This document shows positions 27,720 to 39,206 of a DNA stretch of 64,000 nucleotides, in pieces. Origin of the DNA: Eledone cirrhosa (taxonomy: Eukaryota). Under the pieces are notes generated by a model, which was given only the letters and a program-made list of their open reading frames with translations, did no database searches and was not told where the DNA came from. The stretch's first letter is position 1. Every line of letters begins with the position of its first letter. The translations under genes were made by a program, and so were the position numbers. The stretch is taken from assembly GCA_964016885.1 (NCBI GenBank), contig OZ024743.1:153388001-153452000 (forward strand), read 5' to 3'.

Positions 27720-28649
27720 TATATATATACATATACATGTATAGAATTAAAGTGTTCAGTCCTACATAGCTGTATATATAGAGGTATGTATATTTGTATA
27801 TTTAGCAATATATGATATGTTTTATGAATAAACATTTGAAAGCCTTTTAGCTGTGAATTTTGGAAGCTGATAGATAGTGCCTCAATGTGGATTCCAGCAG
27901 TAGAAAGAGCAGGTAATTTGCCAACAGTCAACTGTTTCTTACTGATGGTGGTTCTCAAGATAGTGCTCCCTCTCCCTGCTCTCTTGTGTAATTCAATGTA
28001 GGCAAACACTTATAGATTTGATGCCTATGTATAAGTGGGCAGATTACCCTCTCCCGCTACTTCTGGATTTCAACTGGTGGCACTAGCCATCACCTTCCAA
28101 AATTCATAGGTAAAAGGCTTTCAAATGTTATGAAGCTAGTCCGGTCTAGTGATCACGTCTTACTCATACATATCTATTTTTAGCCTGGTTTTCTACAACT
28201 AGATGCCGTTTCTAATGCCAGCCACTTTATAGTGTGTACTGGCAGTTTCTCTCATTTCCCCACCTCAACCACCTAACAGGTTGGACTGTGTGCTTCTTGG
28301 TCATGGTACCTTATAGGGTGGACACTGGTTTTTGTTGTGGCACTAGTACAACCACCTTACAATGTGGACTTGATGCTTTTTATCAGGGTACCAGTAAAAC
28401 CACCTTACAGGATGAACTGTGTGCTTTTGGTGTTGAGGCTCTAATGTTACAACTATACATACCTAAAGAAACTCTCTGTAGAATCTGGTCAAGGTATATG
28501 TCTGTAAAAACTACACAGTAAAATTAGGGGCTATAGATGCATTTGTATGTGGACAAAAAAATGAATATTGTGTTTCATAAATGTCTCTTAATATGATAGC
28601 AAGAAAATGTTCTCTCTATCAAATTCGATGAATGAGTAGAGATTATTCT

Positions 28650-31564
28650 TCTATCTATGATTCCAACATTATAAATATAATAATAATGAGATTATTGAGT
28701 TCAGTGCTCAGGTGCACTACAATGCACCAAAGGTACATATATAGTACATAGAATAATGTACAAAGGTCAGGAAAGTGAACAGTGTATGAGTCATGATATA
28801 CATGTGTGCATGTATATGGAGGGAGATAACAGGTGTAGTGTTGGCGAATTTCAGGAACCATGGAGGTTTTAAAGGATGCAGTGTCTCGCCAGCTAACAAC
28901 TGATGCAGGTAGTTTGTTCTATGCTTCAGCAACTCTGAGCGTGAAGAAATGTATAAACAAGTCATGGGAGCTTTGCTGTTTTCTGACTTTGTAGGCATGC
29001 CCACATGTGTTAGACACATGGAATTCAAAAAGGTGCTCAGGGTTGTTGTTGGAAAGATGGTTAATAATCTTGCGGGTGTTTACCAAGACAGTTGCCAGAC
29101 GTCGGAGCTTGAATATCCATGCCTAGGGAAGCAAGGCGTTCAGAGTAAGGTAGATGCCTGATGGAGGGTATTTGCTTGGTTGCACATCTCTGAACAATTT
29201 CCAGGAGGTCAATGTTCTGAGCTAGATAGGGGTTTCAGACTGGTGATGCAAAATGTAAGTGTCGCCGCACCATAGTTATATACAGCATTAAATAGATAGC
29301 TGGAGTGAGAGTGGCAAAGACCTTGCTGAGTGCTGCTAAGACACACTTGGCCTTCTTGACAATTTTAGAGATGTGCTTTGTCCAACGCAAATCACTGCTG
29401 ACAGTAATGCCCAGGTTACGTTCACAAGAAGACTTCATAATATTAGTGTTGTGGAGGGAGTATGTGAGCGCTGGCTTTTCCCTACCAAAATGCATGGTGG
29501 TACAATTGTCCACAGCCAGCTTGAGTTACCAGTCCATGATCCATTGCTGCATTGTATCCAGATCTGATTACAGGAAATATCTATAGTGTTCAGCATCAGT
29601 CGTTTTTATCTCAAGGTACAGCTTTATGCCATCTGCATATTTCAGTACTGTGGCATTCTTTAAGTTAGGATCTATGTCATTAATATATGCAACAAACAAA
29701 AGGGGAACAAGAATAGATCCCTGTGGTACACTAGATGACATCTCATACGGTCTAGAACCATGACTACCTATTTTCGACTGAGAATGAAGGACTTCAACCA
29801 GTTAAAAACATCATCCTTCACACATATTGCAGATAATTTTGCCATAAGTCTTTTGTGTGGCACAGAATTAAAAGCTTTAGCAAAGTCAAGGTAAACAACA
29901 TCCACCTATGAGCCGTCATCAGTCATCCGGGGGATGTCTTCAAGAAACTCGATAAATTGATCACAGCAGCTGGAGTTGGGTATAAATCCAAATTGTGAGG
30001 GCCGGATAAGACTGAGTATTCCAGAAGTTCCAAAGTGTTTCTTTGACACATGATTCCATCAGTTTGGCAATGAAGGTAGTAAGACTGACAGGACGACAGT
30101 TGACAGGCGATGTGCAGTCACTCTTATTGAACAGAGGAATGACACTGGCAGTTTTTGATTGCTCTGCAGTAGCACTGTTGTATGTAACACCATCAAGACC
30201 AGGAGAGGCATGGTTGCATTTATTCTTAAGGTGATGTCGCAGTATTGCAGGTGTAAATGCCAGTTGTTATAGAATTTGATGTCGGAGGTGGTGGAGATGG
30301 TATGTTATTGTCTTCAACAGTGAAAATGCCTGCATAGCATTCAGCAATGAGTTCTGGGCATTCTTTGGGGTCGTCAGTAATCTGACTTGTGTGAGCATTG
30401 CAAAGAGGACCAACTGGAGAGTGAGGTCTCTGCTTTGAATGTACATATTTCCAGAACACCTTACTATCAGGGTTGGTTGCTATGCACTGTTCAAAATCAA
30501 GCATTACCTTGTTTGTCACCTGCTTGAGATGGTTGGATGATTTATTGCACTTTTTTCTATTTGTATCCGATTATGCAGTTTGTATTCACGTTCAGCATTC
30601 CGATGTTCTTTCCTGGCAAGTCAGACCACTGCAGTCTCCCAAATTGCACTTTTGAGATATTTTTTTCAGCTTATGCTGTCTACATTGAAATCAGGATGCT
30701 CTGAAGTATAGTGTTGACATCTCCAGAGTCGTAAAATTCAAGCCAGTTTGGGCATTGCAGCTTGGTGTAGTAATAGTTTCAGTCTGCTTTATTCCAGTCA
30801 AAGTAAGCAGTTCAGAGATAGATGTGAGTTTTGTTACTGTCCATAGGAGACAGATTGGCAATGATCATAGCATGATCAGAGTCACCTAAAGGTTCCTCAG
30901 TAGTAACACTAATAACCATTTCAGGAGTAGTGGTAAAGAGTAGATCCAAAGTGACTACTTGGGACCAGTTCGAGTCCAGCACTAGCTCAAGGAAATCATT
31001 TGCACTTTGCGGCCAACGAAAGGTTTCCCAATCGATCACAGGGTGATTGACGTGCCATGCAATAAAAACATAAGTGGTTGTTTTCCTGTCAGGAACTCTG
31101 AGGATATCACAAAGCTGTGTTCCTGATGGTAATTTGGGGGCTGGTAAACAACTCCAAGTAGAAGTGTTGACATGGTCATATGTATATCGCAAAAAAATAC
31201 CCTCTTGTGATTGGTTCAAATAAACGCAAGGAATTGCTGAAAAGTTTGAATGAACGTAGACCATTACACCTCCACCACCACCATGATTAATGCGGTCTTT
31301 GCAAAAGAAGTTGTAGCCAGCTATACTGAAAATCCCATCACACAGTAAGGAATGTGCCCATGTTTCCATGACTGTAATGAAATCAGGGTCGATACTTTTG
31401 ATGTAAGAATCAAAAAGATGTATCTTGTTGCATAGACTACGAGCATTTAAGGACAACCATTTGTATCTTGATTTCAGTTTATGATGATGTGCAGGGGATG
31501 GCAAATTGTTCTGATTTAGTTTCCCACAGTATGAATGCCATTGTGTCAGGTGAGTGACAGTCAT
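28650..31564 (-). mobile_element. CR1/L2-type LINE ORF2 relic (APE plus RT)
   Basis: LNARSLCNK, VMETW, GGGVMVY, LDLLFT, GDSDH; RT motifs SPGLDG, RPVSLT, VYLDFAKAFNSVPH, VPQGSIL, KYADG; many stops. Confidence 0.85.
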
Positions 31565-34500
31565 AATGTTTTGTATGTTTTGTGAGCTCCTCTTGGTTGA
31601 AGAGAATTTCTACAGACTTAGCTTTGAAATAGTTAAGCTACATCAAGATAACTTGTTTCAGATATAGTTCATGAAATTTTAATTGGTATCTCTGTGCATT
31701 AATATGTTATGGACGTCACAATCACCATCACCATAGTTCTCATGATTAGATATTATTTCAAGTAGAGTTACATTTTAACTGAGTTCTGCAACTGAATTAG
31801 GATCTTTGTTTTCAGTTCATCAATCATAGATAATTTTTCATTTTGCTTTATAAATAACATAAATATTTAGTAACTTAATTTATTACAAGAGTAGGTTTTA
31901 ATTCTTTTGAGCTATAACGTATTCAGAAATATCACCTTTGAAGTAATAGAGATCAAAGAGAGAAACGCAGACACATATAGCTGCAGCTCTATCCATGAAA
32001 CTGATAATATTAAACTCTATAGTCTTTTCTAAAATTTCTTAAGAACACAGACTTTCTTTAACTATCCAGCCATTTGTTTAAGTTTCTGTCTTCAGGTAAG
32101 AGGCAGACATAGCTTTGATCTTTTAGAATGGGACAAGTAGAGGGAAACATCGATATAATAAATAAGTAAATGTTGAACATTTATCAAATTTTTCCAGCTA
32201 GGGTGATAGATATAAAAACTTGTATTTATATGATTATGTAAGTATTATACATTCAAACATACACATTCACATAAATATATATATGATGTGTATGTATGTA
32301 TGTATGTGTGTGTGTATGTGTGTGTGTGTGTTCATTGGACACTAGCCTGATTGATATAACAAATTTGTATTTGTTGTGTTCTTTCAAATCTACTTATGTT
32401 CATAATTCAATGTTAAGCCCATTTCTCTCAAAACACTTATTTATACATTTCAATGAAGGGAACTAGAAACAAACATTAAAAACAACAGTAAGATAAATAT
32501 TGATTTCTTGTACTGTCAGAATGATTGGTGGGAGGTGTGTTCCTGAATAAATTGACACTCAAACATGACTGATACTTATTTGATTGACTCTGAAAAGAAA
32601 AAAACACAAAATGATCTCACCCACAATTAGAACCCCCAAAAGAAAAATGGAAGTAATGTTGTGATAGAGTTTTAGTTTGAAGCTATTCTATTTCTGCCAC
32701 CAGAAATAATACAATTATTGGTTTTCAACTTTGGTTGTAAGACCACACAATTTCATGTAAGCTCATCTCAATTATATCACTATCTAGTACTTTATTTTGT
32801 CAACCCTGTAAGGGCAAATGGTGATGTTGATTTAAACTCAGAATATTACAGGACTTGTCAAATAATGTGGGGCATTTTGTTTGATGCTCTACTGACACAG
32901 TTCATTTACTCTTACTCCTGCCCTTAGTTATGAAAATATTCAATCATAACAATGACACAAGCTACTAATATTTTGAAGGTTGTATAGTCAAGTATATTGA
33001 CCTAGTAGCTATACATTTTTATTAACTCTAGAAGAATAAAATGCTAAGTAGCATTTGAACCCAGTATGAAATAGCCCAAAGCAAATACTACATGGCATTT
33101 TGTTCAACAATTTTATGATTCTACCAATCTATGATATATATGCAAATGTTAACCAGAGTAAGATACATAAAACTCTGCTTAAAGATGGGAATTCAACATT
33201 AATGATAACATTCTATACAATTAAGACAAAATAGCCATGACTAGAAATCCAATTGATGAATGCTTTAATTACCTTAAGAGATTTTATTCTGTAAGTCTAA
33301 TCTAACAGAGTTGAGTAGTTCTTCTGATGATGTAACAGTAATAACAACTGCATCACACATAGTATTTCAAGAATTGACAATTAGCAAATTAAAATTAATT
33401 AGCTAATAAATAAATAACATAACATAACATCAATAATATATAAGATTCTATGTAGTGGCTCCGTCTGTTCAATATAGCATCAAAACCTTTCAGAACAAGT
33501 TTTCCAGTGCTTTTGAAATAGGGAAATATTTACATTCCTAACGCATAGAACAGTATGGCAGCTATAAAGAAAAGACGGGCACAGCAATAATATTGATCAG
33601 ATGGTAAAGCTCAAAAATATATTATATATTTGATCAGGGAGGAATTGGTCCAGATTGGACATCTATAGTACTAACACTGATCAAAAATAGATCCCTCTAT
33701 AAACTAACACATTTGATCAAGGTAAAGTTGGTTCGATTACTTTAAATTTGGCTTTGGATTGATAAAACACTAACCCTTTAGCATTGAAACTAGCATTGTT
33801 CAAAGCGGCTATAACCAGCCACTCATACTGATGTTAAGGTATTGTTCTCCAAATGAATAATATTAAAGTCTCGTAGATTCGATATTACATGAGATAATTG
33901 TGTGAGATAAAGTCTTTACCATAAAATACAATAGCATATGTAGAGTAATGTAAAGGTTAAGGGGTTAAACTGATACTTAAAACTATAAAATCGTTTATGG
34001 AATATTTGATATGAAATAAATCAAGTGTTCACAAATATTTTCAGATTTATGTTATAAAGATTTATATGTTTATATACGCATATATTCTGCTGTCTTATAA
34101 AATCATTGCTGTTTAGCCCATTAAAGCTCTGACTGAGTGGATCTATGACCTAGCCCTGATCATCCTGATATTTTAATCATTTTCAGACATAATATAACTA
34201 GGAATACATCATCCAATATGCCTTTCTTTAAAAGACAATAAGGGAAATTTGGCTGCTATTTATAGCTAGCAAGTAGAGAAACCAATTACAAGTTAGTTCT
34301 CTGTTGTTTATCCACAAGTTAACTTTGAATGCACACACTCATGATCAAAACAAGTACAAGCCTTTATTTTACCTTATCCTACATTTTATTCTAGTCATAA
34401 TATATCTAGGACTACCTTATTCAGTGTATCCTTCCATCATAAACAAAGTGAGGTGTGATTTGAGGTAAATAAAGCTGTTATTACTAACAGGTCATGAAAC

Positions 34501-35440
34501 CATACAAAAACCATTTAATTCTTGCAGTGGAAGTTGTTTACAGGCCACAAAAAAACATTGAAATATATTTCAAATGAACAGAGTTCAACTATACTATATA
34601 CAATTACCAGATGAAATGCAATTAAAATGTATTAATGTTTATATTAACACTAAACGGAAATCTATTTATTATATAGGCTTCAAAAAACTTTAGATTTAAT
34701 GAGCATAAAAACTATGTCTCAAAATTATAAAATCTTTAAAAAAATAACTAAAATGATAGAAGTAAACTACAATTGTCTAGTCCATAAATCAACATAATAT
34801 AAACAAGCTTTATTAAATAGCTTCTATAATATTAGATAAAAAAAGCAACAAATATGTTCAGTATCGTAAGTAAACACAGGCATATAATTTAATGCGCATA
34901 AATTTTATGATTGTAAAATTTACAATTATAGTAAAAGTTCAGTCATAAAGTATATTAACATTAACAAAGACACACAAACACATACATGAACATCAATAGG
35001 GTCACAATTTAGTAAAACATTAAATGATTTAGATGTGACATATTTTGATAAATTAGGTATGTGTGTATGTATGTAAAAAAAATGTTAGCAGAAGTATATA
35101 AAAAAAATCTTGTTTGTTACACAAGTGCAGAGTTAGCCCACTGGCAGTGCAAGGTCCCTGGTCTTGATGTAAAACCTGTGATTCAATAGCAGCCAATGAT
35201 GTTGCTATATATATGTTGTTCTGGTTTTATAATTTCACAAATTTTTTTCCAATAGAGAGAGAGTCGGTTTCTAACATAGACACAAGACTTTCTCATTGGA
35301 ATTTACACAACATCAACTAGGTAGATTATATATGCATGCATGTGTAGATGTGGATGCTATTGTATGTGTGGTGCGTATGTTTTGAGTTGTATGTGTGCAT
35401 GTGTATATGCTTTGTATCTGTACATGTGTATATGCAGTTA

Positions 35441-36528
35441 TTAGATGCAAAATGTTTGGAATGTTTTACATATTTTTACTGTTCCATTAATGGATTGTAC
35501 TTGTAATTGTCTAACTAGTTGTGTTCTTTCTGTTCCTGTGAAGCCTAGCTTCTCAAGATTTGTATTGAGGCAGTTACTAACATATCCCAGTGCCCCCACA
35601 ATCACAGGCATAAATTTGAAGGTGTAATCAGAGTGGAGTATCTGCAGATTTCTCATCAGTTCTGCATAAATATTCTCCTTTTCGCTAATCTTTGATATTA
35701 TATTGGCATCTGCTGGGCAGCTAATTTCCACTACAGTGCATGTTTTCTTCTCCCTATCATAATATCTGGTCTGTTATGCCTGCATTTTATTGGGGTTTTT
35801 ACTGGAACATTCCACCAGTACTCTTTCATATTATGTATGTGGACGTCTTCCACATTGCTGTAGCTTTTAATGTGTTTATTATCGGGGCTATCTTTTTTAC
35901 GGATTGCATTGTACATTGTCTTGGCCACTACATCATGCCTCATAGGTAGATAGTACCGTGATGACATCTTTGGACAGCTGCTGATGACAGGGGTGATATC
36001 TTCGATGTTAGTTCTGCAGAGTCTGCACTTATTATCACATCTAGGTGTTTTGCCTGCATCCCTACCTCTTTTGTGAATCAGGTATTTCCTGTTAATTTCC
36101 TGTTCTTGAATTGCAAAAGCGTATCCTCCAAAAATTGGGAGCCAATATAGCGGTTGTTGGTCCAAGATAGATTACTTTCCTTATCTATATTACTCTCACT
36201 CTGGAGCTTCCTGGCAACATATCCATGCATGATTTTTTGCTGATAAGCATGTAGTTTTCCATCCATGGATTCACTGCGATACTGCTGAGCTACTTCCCTG
36301 GGTGTGAGTTTTTGATTATCACACAGGGAATATCTCTCGAGGAGTTCCTTTCCAACTCTCATGATCTTATCTGTTTCGTGCAGATAGACTTGCTCGAGAG
36401 ACGGGCTCCTACGCTTCGAGGTTCGTAGATGTTGTCGGAGGGATATGATGCGACATTCAAATGCTGTCTGGACTGATGTTAGGTCTCTGCCTCCTGCTTA
36501 CGTTTCAAGTAAAGGCGGTCTATGTCAG
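35441..36528 (-). mobile_element. R4/Dong-type RLE non-LTR retrotransposon 3' fragment
   Basis: DIDRLYLKRK, AIQEQEI, CRLC..ED..ISSC..RHDVVAK (degenerate CCHC knuckle), RPDIMI, EISCP, KENIYAEL, PVIVGALG; frameshifted. Confidence 0.75.
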
Positions 36529-36561
36529 TGATGTATGTATGTATGTATGGATATCATACGT

Positions 36562-36960
36562 CTGTCTTTCCCGGCAGCTACTCGTAAAAGTACGGGTCGA
36601 AGGCGGAACCGCCTAGCCGGCGGATTGGCTTTCTTTCCGCCGGCTACACGTAAAACATAACTTGGAAGACGGACGACGGATGTGCGGCTTGTATCACACA
36701 CAGACACACACACCATCGGCTACACGTGAAACATAACTTGGAAGACGGACGACGGATGGGCGGCTTGTATCACACACAGACACACACACAAAACAGAATC
36801 CGCCTGCTACACGTAAAACATAACTTGGAAGACGGACGACGGATGGGCTGCTTGTATCACACACAGACACACACACAAAACAGAATCCGCCTGCTACACG
36901 TAAAACATAACTTGGAAGACGGACGACGGATGGGCGGCGGCTGCGGCTACGTGTAACACA
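36562..36960 (-). repeat. rDNA IGS subrepeats downstream of 28S
   Basis: 36562-36640 matches the 202-bp IGS repeat; then 4 copies (period about 76-87 bp) of ctacacgtaaaacataacttggaagacggacgacggatg. Confidence 0.8.
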
Positions 36961-37399
36961 CAGAGATACGCAAAACTAACCAACTCGGAAGACGGATCGG
37001 CGGCACTCGAACCAAGGCTGTGTCGCATTCCCCGCGAACTCTCTCTCCATTTTCGATGCTAATCGACTTTGAGGGTCGTTGGCGCAACCTGGCAAACGAG
37101 CGGCGAGCGAGTGAAATCGTCGTAAAAGTTGGCGCGCGGAAAGTGGTTGGTGGTTTGCAGTAGCAGCGGTGGAAGTGTTAAAAGAACGAACCTAACAATT
37201 GGCGGCGGCTAAGGCCCGCACGGAGCGGACTTGTTTGTATGTCGTCGTCGTTGTTGCTACGCTAACCCGTCGAAAGAAAGCCGCGTCATTGCTCCAACCC
37301 GGTAGCTGCTGCTGCTATCTCTCGTTCGTTCCTTCCTTCCTTCCTTAGCCGCTTTCCAATTTCTTCTTTTGTTATCTTTTGACTGCCGCCGCCTCGGTG

Positions 37400-37783
37400 G
37401 GCGGATCGTGTCGTTCGTGAGAAGAGACTCAATAGATCGCAGTGTGGTAGCTGCTCTACTAAGCACGTCACTCCGAACGGCAAGTCGAGTCGTATACAAG
37501 CGATCCTTTTCGTCTCGATCTCTTTCGACAAATCGAACGGACGACGACGACGACGAATCGTCGTAATCGTCACAGAATGGCAATTCCGCTGACGCTGCCG
37601 CCGACGACGACGCGCACCCTGAAAAGGGAAGCGACTTCGCCGAACGGACGGCAATCGCCAAACTAAGGCATGCGCCTTAAGAAGGTTGAGACGCTTTCGA
37701 AAAACAACTCGGGTCCGGCTACGGTTCCGGCTTAGAGGCGTTCAGCCGTTATCGCTCAGAGGCAGCCTGGCACCACCGCTCTA
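37400..37783 (-). rRNA. 28S: 28S rRNA 3'-terminal fragment (pseudogene)
   Basis: Reverse complement contains CTGAACGCCTCTAAG and AGTAGAGCAGCTACCACACTGCGATCTATTGA, conserved LSU 3' motifs. Confidence 0.85.
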
Positions 37784-39119
37784 TGTGATCTCATCACAGA
37801 ATATAACAAGATACTCGGCAAAAGCGGCAGACCATTGAGAGCGCCCAGGCTCCACCGCCTCGCCAAACAAGTTCCTCCAATCGCTATCAGAGGCAACCGG
37901 GATGGACGCCCCACTCAGCTGGTTAGGCGGCCGTTTCTCTAACGACCCTGCAGAACGGGTAGGGGACTGTTTACAGTGTTTTTTTTTATATTCCTTAGAT
38001 CGCTCCTCTTCGAACTAATCTGTTTCACAGTCTTTCCGGGCAGGAAAGAAGCGATCCCAAGATTGACACGACGACACCCCGCCTTAAGAAGCTCGTCCTC
38101 CTTCTCGAGAAGGACCGAGACCTCCTGCTCGGACCAACAACCACGACCAACCCGGGTGCGGGGTTGCCCAGCTCTCTCACGAGAGGCTTCAGCAGCACGA
38201 GAGGCACGCTTCTTTCCGATCTCCTCTGCGTGTTTCGCGATCCTGCGGCGATTGGCCACCACAGGATGACGATGTCTTTCGTGCTGTGATCTTCCTGCGA
38301 CCGTACGAAAAGTACGGTTGCACTCTCCGCACCTGTGGATCAAGTCCGAGACGGCGGGTATGTCGTCCCATCTCCTGCCCGTGCATCGGCCCACGTGCAC
38401 CCGGAGCGAATGCAGGTGGCAACTTTCCCTACCGCATTTGCTGCACCTAAAAACTGCCTTTCGCTCATGACAGCGCAGCAAATGCTCCGCCCAACCAGAC
38501 GGGCCCGAGAAATGACCCGAACAGCACGAGCAAAGCAAGATTACGCTCTTACACGGAATCTCGAGACAGTCCTCCCCCGCGACCGTTTGCCCAACCTCAC
38601 AGACAGAGTCCACGGGGTCGCGCGCGAGCCACGACGGCAGTTGCTTGCCTCTCAAAACCAAAGCGTGGGTTGGGTACTCCAGAGTAAATTTATCGGGTGT
38701 ATCCCTACGGACTAGTATAGTCGGTATTTGAATCCTCCGGTGGGTCAAATCCAGTGAGCCGGCGCTCTTACGAGGAACATGGCCCGGCTCTTTGCCAGTC
38801 CTCGGAGACAGTTGCCAATCGCAGCGGGCCATTACAGAACGCTGCGACAGGCCGGAGGGACCTATCCCATTCCCTCCGGCCACTGGTTTTTCGGCCCCCA
38901 GCTGCCGTATGGACTTCAAAGTTTGTGTCATCATAATTTAGGCACCAATTAGTTCGTCTTAATGTGGCCGACCAACCGAGAATGGTAGAACCTGCCGAGT
39001 CAACCCTGACCACCGCAAAAAAAAAAAAAAAAAAAAAGGAAGCGGGACAGAGCTGCCTCTCTCGTACAGCTCAAAACCACGGACTTAAGCTCTCTTCCCA
39101 CGCCAAGGGTGGTGCCGCA
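37784..39119 (-). mobile_element. R2: R2 non-LTR retrotransposon, 5' 1.3 kb only (clade A architecture)
   Basis: Begins immediately after 28S GGGAGTAACTATGACTCTCTT (canonical R2 site, AAGG missing), same orientation as 28S; zinc-finger plus Myb ORF. Confidence 0.92.
37939..38934 (-). pseudogene. R2 protein N-terminal DNA-binding region (ZF CCHH, ZF CCHC, ZF CCHH, Myb); RT and endonuclease absent
   Basis: CSCCSGHF..WAEHLLRCH; CSKCGRE..LRVHVGRC; CGECNRTF..SQHERHRH; WSEQEVSVLL..IASFLPGKTVKQISSKR. Another frame stays open from the A9 run at about 37980 to the junction at about 37784. Confidence 0.88.

Positions 39120-39143
<24 letters not shown>
38941..39143 (-). ncRNA. Candidate HDV-like self-cleaving ribozyme at the R2 5' end
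   Basis: P2-like GGCACCA/TGGTGCC with CTAA just before the 3' strand; P3-like CCC-TTGGCGT-GGG; AAGAGAG and TCCCGCT complementary to upstream 28S. P1.1 not resolved. Confidence 0.45.
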
Positions 39144-39158
<15 letters not shown>

Positions 39159-39174
39159 GTTGAATTTCTTCACT

Positions 39175-39206
<32 letters not shown>

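Noticed and set aside
31936-32000. Possible 65-nt minus-strand host exon (AG..GT bounded)
   Set aside because: Too short, with no recognisable domain or partner exons; unsupported without RNA-seq.
35441-36528. Dong/R4-like fragment as the missing 3' half of the R2, or as an rDNA-targeted insertion
   Set aside because: Its motifs (AIQEQ, RHD, EISCP, VGALG) are R4/Dong-type, it is much more decayed than the R2, and it lies outside the rDNA junction.
36640-36960. CRISPR-like appearance of repeated cores with linkers (also the 202-bp array)
   Set aside because: Linkers are near-identical rather than unique spacers, there are no cas genes, and the context is eukaryotic rDNA spacer.
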